Part shown: positions 28,990 to 40,227 of the stretch, piece after piece | Layout of the letters: each line of letters starts with the position of its first letter | Numbering within the stretch: the stretch's first letter is position 1 | NCBI GenBank assembly: GCA_021845555.1 | Contig: JAJZVS010000001.1 | Coordinates: forward strand, 1 to 40,227 | Length of the DNA stretch: 40,227 bases | Direction of reading: 5' to 3' | From: Pseudomonadota bacterium | GTDB taxonomy: Bacteria > Pseudomonadota > Alphaproteobacteria > Acetobacterales > Acetobacteraceae | The notes under the pieces: generated by a model | The model's input: only the letters and a program-made list of their open reading frames with translations | Databases searched by the model: none | Told to the model about the DNA's origin: nothing | Position numbers and translations under genes: made by a program

Positions 28990-29002
28990 GCGGCGACGCC
29001 CT

Positions 29003-29197
29003 TTACGGCGCCCGGTTGGTGGCGAGGGCGCGGGCGTTGTCGCGCTGCATCCGCATCCCGTGCAGGATGACCGCGACATCCTGCCGCACCCGCTGGTTCC
29101 GCCCGCTGATCCAGTCCGCCAGGCCCTGGCCGCCCGGCGCGGCGGCGGCGCAGCCGGTCAGGCAGGCGAGGAGCAGCAGCAGGGGTATCTGGCGCAT
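29003..29197 (-). CDS. small lipoprotein (64 aa), no family recognised
   Basis: MRQIPLLLLLACLTGC is a lipoprotein signal peptide with an LTGC lipobox. Third-position GC is very high. No clear SD. Confidence 0.55.
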   Translation of the reverse strand: MRQIPLLLLLACLTGCAAAAPGGQGLADWISGRNQRVRQDVAVILHGMRMQRDNARALATNRAP

Positions 29198-29445
29198 CGC
29201 ACGGTCTCGGTTCGGACAGGGTCCTCCTCTACACGGATCGCTCGGGCGTTGCCAGTCTTGCCGCTATCCGGCGCAAATCCTTATTTTTTCGACGGTTGCC
29301 GACTGCCGTCGGGTTCCCCGCGAGATCCGGCCGTGACGGGAACGCTTCGGTCCGGTACGAAGACGGGTGCGCGCACGAAGCGCTGCCTTCGCCCCCCCCG
29401 TCGAAAGATGCTTGACTTCCGTCGCGCGGCGGACCATCTGGCCGA

Positions 29446-29475
29446 TTGACGCGGGGTCTGCGCTGGCCGTAGCAT
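29446..29475 (+). promoter_or_regulatory. candidate sigma-70-type promoter for rho
   Basis: TTGACG (29446-29451), 18-nt spacer, TAGCAT (29470-29475). This would give a leader of about 155 nt. Confidence 0.3.
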
Positions 29476-29635
29476 TCTGCGTCTTTCCCCCTCTCCAGGT
29501 GGCTCCCGCCGCCGCATCCCTCTTGTTCGGACGGAACGCACGCCGGCGCAGACGCGGACCCGGAGCCGCGATTCGGCTGCGCCCCCTGCCGTCCGAGCTT
29601 CCCCTCCCCCACGACGAAACGCCGAGGCGTCCACG

Positions 29636-30910
<1,275 letters not shown>

Positions 30911-30918
30911 GGCGGCGG

Positions 30919-30940
30919 CTCCCTCCCGCGCGGGAGGGAG
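30919..30940. terminator. 22-nt perfect palindrome between convergent rho and the leuD-like gene
   Basis: CTCCCTCCCGC / GCGGGAGGGAG, starting 9 nt after the rho stop. Confidence 0.6.
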
Positions 30941-30948
30941 CGTCCCGC

Positions 30949-31443
30949 TCACGCCGGTGCGATCAACCCCCGCGCCTCCATCACCGGATAAAGCCCGCCG
31001 CCTCGCATCAGCGCCAGCAACTGCGCCGGCACCGGCGTAACCGCCAGCACCGCGCCGCTGCGCGGGTTGCGCACGGTCCAGGCTTCCAGCGACAATTCCG
31101 CCGAGTCGCCCTCCATGAACGCCGCCGCCACGCCAGGGCATTCGCACGCCAGCAGCCCGTAGTTCACGGCATTGCGGAAGAACAGGCCGTTGATCGTCTC
31201 GGCCAGCAGGAACCCCACGCCGCAGGCGCGCACGGACCGCGCCGCCGGGCGCGAGGATCCCATGCCGAAATTGAAGCCGGCGACGATCGCGTCCCCCTTG
31301 CCCACCTGATCGACCCAGCCCGGCCGGTTGGACTGGAACACCGCGCGCGCCTGCTCTTCCGGGCTGCGATAGAGGTACGGGCCGGGCAGGATCAGATCGG
31401 TGTTGATATTGTCGCCGAAGCACCAGACGCGGGGCGCGATCAT
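30949..31443 (-). CDS. aconitase-family hydro-lyase small subunit (LeuD type-2-like swivel domain)
   Basis: 164 aa from ATG 31443 (ATGA overlap with the large-subunit stop): VWCFGDNINTDLILPGPYL and GFNFGMGSSRPAA motifs. Confidence 0.85.
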   Translation of the reverse strand: MIAPRVWCFGDNINTDLILPGPYLYRSPEEQARAVFQSNRPGWVDQVGKGDAIVAGFNFGMGSSRPAARSVRACGVGFLLAETINGLFFRNAVNYGLLACECPGVAAAFMEGDSAELSLEAWTVRNPRSGAVLAVTPVPAQLLALMRGGGLYPVMEARGLIAPA

Positions 31444-32693
31444 GCGAACACCTCCTCGGCGCCGGCGATGTGGCCGGCCAGCGCGGACGCCGCCACCGTC
31501 GCCGGGGAGGCCATGTAGATGCGCGCGGACGGATCGCCCATGCGGCCCTTGAAGTTGCGGGTGCTGGCGGTGATGCAGACCTCGTCCGGCCCCAGCACGC
31601 CCATGTGCCCGCCGATGCAGGCGCCGCAGGTGGCCGGTGTCACTACCGCGCCCGCCTCCAGCAGCGTCTCCACGTAGCCTGCCCGCAGCGCGGCGCGAAA
31701 GACCGCCTGCGAGCCGGGCGTGACGATGAAGCGCGTGCCGCGCGCCACCTTGCGCCCGCGCACCACGCGCGCGGCGATCTCCAGATCGTCCAGCGTGCCG
31801 TTGGCGCAGGAGCCGATGAACGCCTGGTCGATCCGGGTGCCGGCCACCTCGGACACCGGCACCGACTGGTTCACCACCGCGTCCGGCAGCGCCACCAGCG
31901 GCGCCAGCGCGCCGAGGTCGATCGCGCGGCGCTCCTTGTAGGTCGCGTCCGCGTCCGGCCACACCGGGTCGAATTTCGCGGCGTTGCGGGCGCGCACGTA
32001 GTCGATCAGCGCGTCGTCGGGTTCGAAGATGGTGAACTCCGCGGACAGTTCCGCGCCCATGGTGGCGATCGTGCGGCGCGCGTTGATCGACAGGCCGGAC
32101 ATGCCCGGCCCGCCGTATTCGACGTTCTGGTTCACATGCGCCCCATAGGTGCCGGCGATGTGCAGGAACAGATCCTTCGCCGTCACGCCGGGGCGCAGCC
32201 TGCCGGTGAAATCGTAGCGAACGGTCTCGCCCACCCGGAACCAGGCGGTGCCGGTGGTGATGGCCCACAGCATGTCCGGCCCGCCGACGCCGCGGGCGGC
32301 GCAGTTGAACGCACCTCCGGCGCAGGTGTGGGAATCGCCGTTCACCAGCACGGAGCCCGGCAGCGCATAGGCGCGGTCGGCGATCACCGCGTGGCTGATA
32401 CCCTGCTCGGCGCCGACATCGTGCAGCCGTTCGATGCCGAATTTCGCCGCGAAGGCCCGCCCGGTCTGGTGGCAGGTGGCGGCCTGCACGGTGGAAGCGG
32501 GCACCAAGTGGTCGAACACGATCGCCACTTTCGACGGGTCGTGCACCTTCAGCACCTCCCGCCAGCCTTCCGGCAGGAACGACAGATCGAGCAGCACGGC
32601 GGTATCGACGTTCACCACCGCGACATCCCCCGGCGCGACGCGCGCGGCGCCGGAGGCGCGGGCGAGGATCTTCTCGGTGATGGTCATGCCCAT
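31440..32693 (-). CDS. aconitase-family hydro-lyase large subunit (LeuC/HacA type-2-like, 417 aa)
   Basis: MTITEKILARASG, GDSHTCAGGAFN, IGSCANG and ASTRNFKGRMG (Fe-S cluster Cys and substrate motifs). GGAGGA lies 8 nt upstream of the ATG. Confidence 0.88.
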   Translation of the reverse strand: MGMTITEKILARASGAARVAPGDVAVVNVDTAVLLDLSFLPEGWREVLKVHDPSKVAIVFDHLVPASTVQAATCHQTGRAFAAKFGIERLHDVGAEQGISHAVIADRAYALPGSVLVNGDSHTCAGGAFNCAARGVGGPDMLWAITTGTAWFRVGETVRYDFTGRLRPGVTAKDLFLHIAGTYGAHVNQNVEYGGPGMSGLSINARRTIATMGAELSAEFTIFEPDDALIDYVRARNAAKFDPVWPDADATYKERRAIDLGALAPLVALPDAVVNQSVPVSEVAGTRIDQAFIGSCANGTLDDLEIAARVVRGRKVARGTRFIVTPGSQAVFRAALRAGYVETLLEAGAVVTPATCGACIGGHMGVLGPDEVCITASTRNFKGRMGDPSARIYMASPATVAASALAGHIAGAEEVFA

Positions 32694-32707
32694 GGCGGCG
32701 TTCCTCC

Positions 32708-34828
32708 CTATGTTGCCACCTCGATCACCGCATCTGCCGCGAAGGCCCCTTCCCCCGCCGGCATTGCGAACACTGGATTGAGATCGATCGACCCCAGCCG
32801 CGGTCCGGCGGCGACCGCGAAGGAAGACAGCCGCGCCAGCATCGACGCCAGTGCCGCCACGTCGGCCTTCGGCCGTCCGCGCGCCCCGTCCAGCAGCGGG
32901 AATCCCTTGATCGCGCGGATCATCGCCGCCGCCACATCCTCACCGAACGGACAGCGGCGGAACACGACGTCCTTCAACACCTCCACGAACACCCCGCCGA
33001 GGCCGAACATCGCCATCGGCCCGAACACCGGGTCCTGGTGGATGCCCAGGATGCACTCCACCCCGCCCTTCAGTTGTTTCGCCACCAGCACGCCCTCGAT
33101 CCGCGCCGCCGGCGCGTGCGCGCGGGCGCGTTCCAGCAAGGTGGCGACGCCGGCGCGCACCGCGCCCGCGTCGGCCACATCCAGCAGCACGCCGCCGATT
33201 TCCGATTTGTGCAGAATGTCGGGCGACAGGATCTTCAGCACCACCGGATAGCCGAAGCCCGCCGCCGCCGCGACCGCCGCGTCGGCGTCCGCGCAGGCGG
33301 CCTCCGGTGCGCAGGCGATGCCGGCCTGCGCGAGCAGCCGCTTGGCTTCGGCCTCGGACGGCGTCGCCGCGGGCAGCACTACCGGCGGCACCACCGGCGG
33401 GGCGGCCGGTGGCGGCGCCGCGAAAGCCTCCCCGAACCGGCCCATCGCCGCGATCGCGGCCACCGCGCGGGACGGGTCCTCGTGGCAGACCCAGCCGTCT
33501 GCTTCCATCGCGCGGGTCGCGGCCTCCGGCGCGATCGCCGACAGGACATAGAGTCGGTCCGGGTAGCGCGCGCGCACCTCGTTCAGCTTCTCCAGCATCG
33601 CCGGCCAGCGGCGCGACGACGCGACCATCGTGAAGAACCCCAGGATCGAACTGTAGCCACCGTCGCGGATCAGGGATTCGAAGAACGGCGTCAGCAGGTT
33701 CAGGTCGTTGCCGACCTGCGCAGTAGCATCCACCGGGTTGCGCGGCGCGCAGAACGACACGAGTTCCTTCAGCTTCGCCTGCGCGTCCTCCGGCATCGGC
33801 GGCATCGCCAGCCCGGCCTGCTCGGCGACGTCGGAAACCAGCACCCCGGCCCCGCCGGAAAGCGTGATCATCCCCAGCGTGTTGCGCGCGGGATAGATGC
33901 GCCGCGTCGCGGTCTGCGCGATGTCCAGCATTTCTTCGGACGTGCGGGCACGGACGACGCCGAATTCCGCCATCACCGCCTCGGTCACCGCATCGTCCCC
34001 GGCGATCGAGGCGGTGTGCGATTTCGCCGCCGCCGACCCCAGCGCGCTGCGGCCGACCTTCATCATCACGATCGGCTTGCGCGCGGCCCGCGCGGTTTCG
34101 AACGCGGCGATCAGGCCGGGGGCCTCGCGGATGCCCTCGATATAGGCGGCGATCACATCGACTTCGGGGTTCTCCGCCAGCCAGCCGATGCACTCGCCCA
34201 CCGTCACGTCCGCCTCGTTGCCGGTCATGATGCAGAGCGAGGCGCCGATGCCGCGGTTGCGCGCCAGCGTATAGAGATGCGTGCCATAGGCGCCCGACTG
34301 GCTCGCGATGCCGATGCGCCCCGGCACCGGCCAGCCGGAATCGAAGGACGAGGAAAACGTCGCGTAGTACCCCGTGCGCCCGTCGAACACGCCGAGGCAG
34401 TTGGGACCGAGCAACCGCATCCCGTGCGCCCGCGCCGCGGCCACCATGCGGGCCTGCTCCGCCGCGCCGGCCTCATCAACCTCGGCGAAGCCGGCGGTGA
34501 ACATGATCGCGGCCTTGGTGCCGCGGCGGCCGAGATCCTCCACCGCCTGCACCGCGAGCGCGGCGGGGACGGCGATGATGGCCGCATCGGGGGTTTCCGG
34601 GAGATCGGCGACCGAGGGGTAGGCGCGCAGCCCCTGCACTTCGGCGCGGTTCGGGTTCACCGGGTAGATCGCGCCCTGGAACTTCCCGGCCGCCTTCATG
34701 AAGGCGATCGGCCGGCCGCCGATACGCGTCGCATCGTTGGAGGCGCCGAGAATCGCGATCGAGCGCGGCGCGAGAAGCGGCGTGAGCCCGGCAAAGCGGC
34801 CAGGGCTGGTGGGCGTGCTGGACGGCAT
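32708..34828 (-). CDS. ADP-forming acyl-CoA synthetase (acetate--CoA ligase family; fused CoA-binding/ligase and ATP-grasp domains)
   Basis: 706 aa from ATG 34828: SIAILGASNDATRIGGRPI, GMRLLGPNCLGVF, and a C-terminal ATP-grasp region (GYPVVLKILSPDILHKSEIGGV). The track's TTG 34906 start lies inside the cysK terminator hairpin, so I reject it. Confidence 0.85.
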   Translation of the reverse strand: MPSSTPTSPGRFAGLTPLLAPRSIAILGASNDATRIGGRPIAFMKAAGKFQGAIYPVNPNRAEVQGLRAYPSVADLPETPDAAIIAVPAALAVQAVEDLGRRGTKAAIMFTAGFAEVDEAGAAEQARMVAAARAHGMRLLGPNCLGVFDGRTGYYATFSSSFDSGWPVPGRIGIASQSGAYGTHLYTLARNRGIGASLCIMTGNEADVTVGECIGWLAENPEVDVIAAYIEGIREAPGLIAAFETARAARKPIVMMKVGRSALGSAAAKSHTASIAGDDAVTEAVMAEFGVVRARTSEEMLDIAQTATRRIYPARNTLGMITLSGGAGVLVSDVAEQAGLAMPPMPEDAQAKLKELVSFCAPRNPVDATAQVGNDLNLLTPFFESLIRDGGYSSILGFFTMVASSRRWPAMLEKLNEVRARYPDRLYVLSAIAPEAATRAMEADGWVCHEDPSRAVAAIAAMGRFGEAFAAPPPAAPPVVPPVVLPAATPSEAEAKRLLAQAGIACAPEAACADADAAVAAAAGFGYPVVLKILSPDILHKSEIGGVLLDVADAGAVRAGVATLLERARAHAPAARIEGVLVAKQLKGGVECILGIHQDPVFGPMAMFGLGGVFVEVLKDVVFRRCPFGEDVAAAMIRAIKGFPLLDGARGRPKADVAALASMLARLSSFAVAAGPRLGSIDLNPVFAMPAGEGAFAADAVIEVAT

Positions 34829-34881
34829 GGATGGTTCCCCCGGTTCGGTCCGGGCTCCTGCGGTCCCGGTGGGGGGAGTGT

Positions 34882-34919
34882 GGGCCGGGGCGGCCTGATC
34901 CGACAAGCCGCCCCGGCCC
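34882..34919 (-). terminator. 13-bp perfect hairpin downstream of cysK
   Basis: GGGCCGGGGCGGC (34882-34894) pairs with GCCGCCCCGGCCC (34907-34919) around a 12-nt loop. An overlapping palindrome GGCCCCGCGGGGCC lies at 34915-34928. Confidence 0.5.
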
Positions 34920-34927
34920 CGCGGGGC

Positions 34928-35898
<971 letters not shown>

Positions 35899-35902
<4 letters not shown>

Positions 35903-36042
35903 GTGAAATCCCTCCCGCTGCCGGCCAGGGCCGGCCGTTGTGCCGCGATCCGCGGCAAAATCGCCCTGCGCGGGCCGAACGCCCGCAGCCGCTGCCAGCC
36001 TAGATGCAGGACGCTGTAGATCATCGCAAGTCCGACGCTCAT
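35899..36042 (-). CDS. possible 47-aa small protein between cysI and cysK
   Basis: Hand translation: [54 protein letters not shown] lies about 9 nt upstream of ATG 36042, directly after the cysI stop. Its TGA overlaps the cysK ATG (ATGA). It is below the ORF-track size cutoff. Confidence 0.35.
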
Positions 36043-36057
36043 CGGCGTCGCCCTTCC

Positions 36058-37776
<1,719 letters not shown>

Positions 37777-37819
37777 GCGGACAGTCTTTCGCTGGAGGAG
37801 GGGGGCGCTGCGGGCCGCA

Positions 37820-39601
37820 TCAATAGACGTCCCGCTTGTAGCGCCCGTCCTGCGCCGCCGCGCGCAGCCAGGACGCCGCGCCATCGGCGTCCTGTCCGGT
37901 GGCATCGGAAACGATCCTCAGGAGGGTGGCGTGCACGTCCCGCGCCATCCCCTTCGCGTCGCCGCAGACATAGACCGCCGCGCCGTCGTCCAGCCAGCGC
38001 CACAGCGCGGCGCGCGCCTCCCACATCCGGTCCTGCACGTAGATCTTCTCCGGCTGGTCGCGCGAGAACGCGAGATCGAGCCGCCCGAGCACGCCCGAGG
38101 CCAGCCAGTCCTGGAACTCCAGCTGGTAGAGGAAATCATGCGTGAACTGGCGCGCGCCGAAGAACAGCCAGGTGTTGCCGGTGGCGCCGATCGCCTCGCG
38201 GCGTTGCAGGAAGCCGCGGAACGGCGCGACGCCGGTGCCGGGGCCGATCATCACCACCTTGCGGTCCGCATCGGCCGGCAGGCGGAAATGCGGGTTCGGT
38301 TTCACGTGCACCGAAAGCGTCTCGCCGACCCGCCGCCGGTCGGCGACATAGGTGGAAGCGACGCCCTTGCGCGCCCGCCCGTGGCTGTCCCAGCGCACCG
38401 CGCCGATCAGCAGATGCGCGTCCCCATCCACCGCCTCCGGCGCCGAGGCCACCGAATAGAGCCGCGCCGGCAGCGGGCGCAGCAGGCCGCGCAGCTGCTC
38501 GGGCGCCAGCGTCGCCGGTGCGGCGGCCAGCAGGTCGATCACCTGCCGATCGCGCGCGAAGGCCGCCGCGCGCGCCGGATCGGCCGCGAGTTCGGCCAGC
38601 GCCGCGTCCCCGGTCAGCGCCGCATAGGCGCCGATCTGCCGCGATGTCAGCGTGGTGATGTCGTGCGCCTCGCTCAGCGCCGCGTGCAGGCTCGCGTCCG
38701 CCGCAAGACCGGCGGCGGCGAGCAGTTCCTCCACCAGCGCCGGATCGTTGCGCGGCGCGATGCCGATCGCATCGCCCGGCTCATACGTCAGGCCGGAGCC
38801 GGCGAGCGACAGTTCCACATGCCATGTCTCAGTGGTGGAACGGCTGGAATTGAGCAGGATGCGCTCGGCGATCTCCGCTTCCGCCACGCGCGGCGCAGCG
38901 TCGTCCTCCGCCGCCGTGGCGGGATGGGCACGGGCGAAATCGACGCGGATCACCGCGGCGCCGTCCTCGGCCGGCGCGGGGGCGAGCGCGGCGAGCGTCG
39001 CCTCGGTCCAGGCCCGCGCGGGGGCGGCATAGTCGAGGTCGCATTCCGCCAGCGGGGCCACGCGCTGCCCGCCGAGTTCGGCCAGGCGCGCATCGATCCG
39101 CCGCCCGGTCTCGCAGAAATTCACATAGGCGCGATCGCCCAGCGCCAGCACGGCGTAGCGCACGCCGTCGAAGCGCGGTGCGTCGGCGGCCATCAGCGCC
39201 GCGTAGAACGCCTCGGCGCGCTGCGGCGGATCGCCTTCGCCCCAGGTGGAGGCGATCACCACCAGCGGGCCGGCCTCCGCTGCCTTCGCCGGAGACATCT
39301 CCGCCAGATCGACCGCCTTGGCGGCGAAGCCCAGCTTCTGCGCGGCCTTGCGCGCGGCGGCGGCGAGCGCCTCGGCATTTCCGGACTCGGTCGCGTACAG
39401 GATTGTCAGCTTCGCCTTCGCCGCCGGCGGGGCAGCCGGCGCAGCCGGCAAGGTTCGCCCGCCCGCGGCGCGGTAGCCGGCGAGATAGCCGCTCAGCCAT
39501 TGCATCTGCTCGGGCGTGGCCTCCCGCAGCAGCCGATCCAGCAGGGCAAGCTGGTCCTCGGGAAACGGGGCGGCGGCGAGCGCGGTCGGTTGGGTGGCCA
39601 T
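37820..39601 (-). CDS. cysJ: assimilatory sulfite reductase (NADPH) flavoprotein alpha-component
   Basis: 593 aa: flavodoxin-like LTILYATESGNAE, FAD motif RLYSVAS, NADPH-domain MIGPGTGVAPFRGF, C-terminal YKRDVY. Confidence 0.9.
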   Translation of the reverse strand: MATQPTALAAAPFPEDQLALLDRLLREATPEQMQWLSGYLAGYRAAGGRTLPAAPAAPPAAKAKLTILYATESGNAEALAAAARKAAQKLGFAAKAVDLAEMSPAKAAEAGPLVVIASTWGEGDPPQRAEAFYAALMAADAPRFDGVRYAVLALGDRAYVNFCETGRRIDARLAELGGQRVAPLAECDLDYAAPARAWTEATLAALAPAPAEDGAAVIRVDFARAHPATAAEDDAAPRVAEAEIAERILLNSSRSTTETWHVELSLAGSGLTYEPGDAIGIAPRNDPALVEELLAAAGLAADASLHAALSEAHDITTLTSRQIGAYAALTGDAALAELAADPARAAAFARDRQVIDLLAAAPATLAPEQLRGLLRPLPARLYSVASAPEAVDGDAHLLIGAVRWDSHGRARKGVASTYVADRRRVGETLSVHVKPNPHFRLPADADRKVVMIGPGTGVAPFRGFLQRREAIGATGNTWLFFGARQFTHDFLYQLEFQDWLASGVLGRLDLAFSRDQPEKIYVQDRMWEARAALWRWLDDGAAVYVCGDAKGMARDVHATLLRIVSDATGQDADGAASWLRAAAQDGRYKRDVY

Positions 39602-39614
39602 CGGGTGCGGCTCC

Positions 39615-40227
39615 TCAGGCGGACAGGAACTGGGGGGAAGACAGCGCGGCGGGCGCCAGGGTCATCGGCGCGGCTTGCAACAGGGGTGCGAGCACTGCGC
39701 GCAGCGCCAGCGTGCGGCCGATCACCAGCAGCGTGGGCGCGTGCCGCGGCAGCGTGGCGGCGACCGCCCCGGCGGTGGCGAGGGTGGCGAGTTCCACGCG
39801 CTGGCGCGGGGTGGTCGCCTCGGCAACGAAGGCCACCGGCTCGGTCCCGGCGCGCCCGGCCGCGATCAGCGTGGCGGCGATCGCGCCGGCCTGGCGCAGC
39901 GCCATATACAGCACCAGCACCTCCGCCCCGCGCGACAGCGCCGGCAGATCGAGGTCTTGCGGCAATGCGCCGTGCGAATCATGCCCGGTCGCGAAGGCGA
40001 CGCTGCGCGCCAGCCCCCGGTGCGTCAGCGGAATGCCCGCCGTCGCGGTGCCGCCGACGCCGGCGCTGATGCCGGGGACGATGCGGAACGGGATGCCGGC
40101 GGCGACCAGCGCGAGCGCTTCCTCCCCGCCACGGCCGAACACCAGCGGGTCCCCGCCCTTCAGGCGCAGCACGCGGAGCCCCTGGCGGGCCAGCGCGATC
40201 ATCCGCTGGTTGATCCGCAACTGGTGC
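39615..40227 (-). CDS. cysG: uroporphyrinogen-III C-methyltransferase domain (siroheme synthase CysG or CobA), C-terminal part; the 5' end lies outside the window
   Basis: LKGGDPLVFGRGGEE, VPGISAGVGGTATAGIPLTHRG and FATGHD motifs. It lies immediately upstream of cysJ, with GAGGAG overlapping its stop. Confidence 0.82.
   Translation of the reverse strand, partial: HQLRINQRMIALARQGLRVLRLKGGDPLVFGRGGEEALALVAAGIPFRIVPGISAGVGGTATAGIPLTHRGLARSVAFATGHDSHGALPQDLDLPALSRGAEVLVLYMALRQAGAIAATLIAAGRAGTEPVAFVAEATTPRQRVELATLATAGAVAATLPRHAPTLLVIGRTLALRAVLAPLLQAAPMTLAPAALSSPQFLSA

Noticed and set aside
29270-29312. T-rich run TTATTTTTT that looked like an intrinsic terminator tail
   Set aside because: The preceding sequence forms at most a 4-bp stem. 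The 6-bp hairpin (CGACGG/CCGTCG) follows the T-run rather than preceding it. It is more likely promoter-region AT-rich DNA for the divergent lipoprotein and rho genes.

Overview
This is a very GC-rich bacterial chromosomal segment (about 70% G+C judged by eye, not computed). It is probably from an alphaproteobacterium. That is an inference from gene content and order: kdsD-lptC-lptA-lptB-rpoN-hpf, a long glutamine-dependent NadE, and an Asp-rich HemB metal site. I can support about 40 protein-coding genes, nearly all core housekeeping or metabolism. In window order they are: an esterase, a second alpha/beta hydrolase and a luciferase-like monooxygenase; dapB, metK, trmB; an orphan 133-aa ORF; a minus-strand run of TauD-like dioxygenase, CMD-family protein, ald and nadE; an orphan LivJ-type binding protein; a ketopantoate-reductase-like gene; a thioesterase; an MFS transporter coupled to a b-type cytochrome; a second MFS gene; the LPS-transport/sigma-54 operon; hemB; a GST; a BrnT-like toxin/HTH antitoxin pair; thrS; infC; a small lipoprotein; rho; an operon of ADP-forming acyl-CoA synthetase plus LeuC/LeuD-like hydro-lyase subunits; and cysG-cysJ-cysI-(47-codon ORF)-cysK. 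I saw no rRNA, tRNA, CRISPR array, transposase, integrase or phage genes. The many very long ORFs lying antisense to recognisable genes are GC-content artefacts. I do not see a convincing large novel multi-gene system, and most of the window is ordinary core genome. The loci most worth a second look are these. (1) The BrnT-like toxin is broken across three frames, with one break inside an 11-C homopolymer. (2) A near-consensus sigma-54 promoter motif points into the operon that encodes sigma-54 itself. (3) Two unannotated small ORFs have Shine-Dalgarno sites and ATGA overlaps with the next gene (cysI/cysK and ald/nadE junctions). (4) The uncharacterised acyl-CoA synthetase/LeuCD-like cassette. 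(5) Two sequence-related perfect inverted repeats lie beside the orphan ORF in a lower-GC patch between trmB and nadE. All coordinates and motifs were read by hand. No database search was possible.
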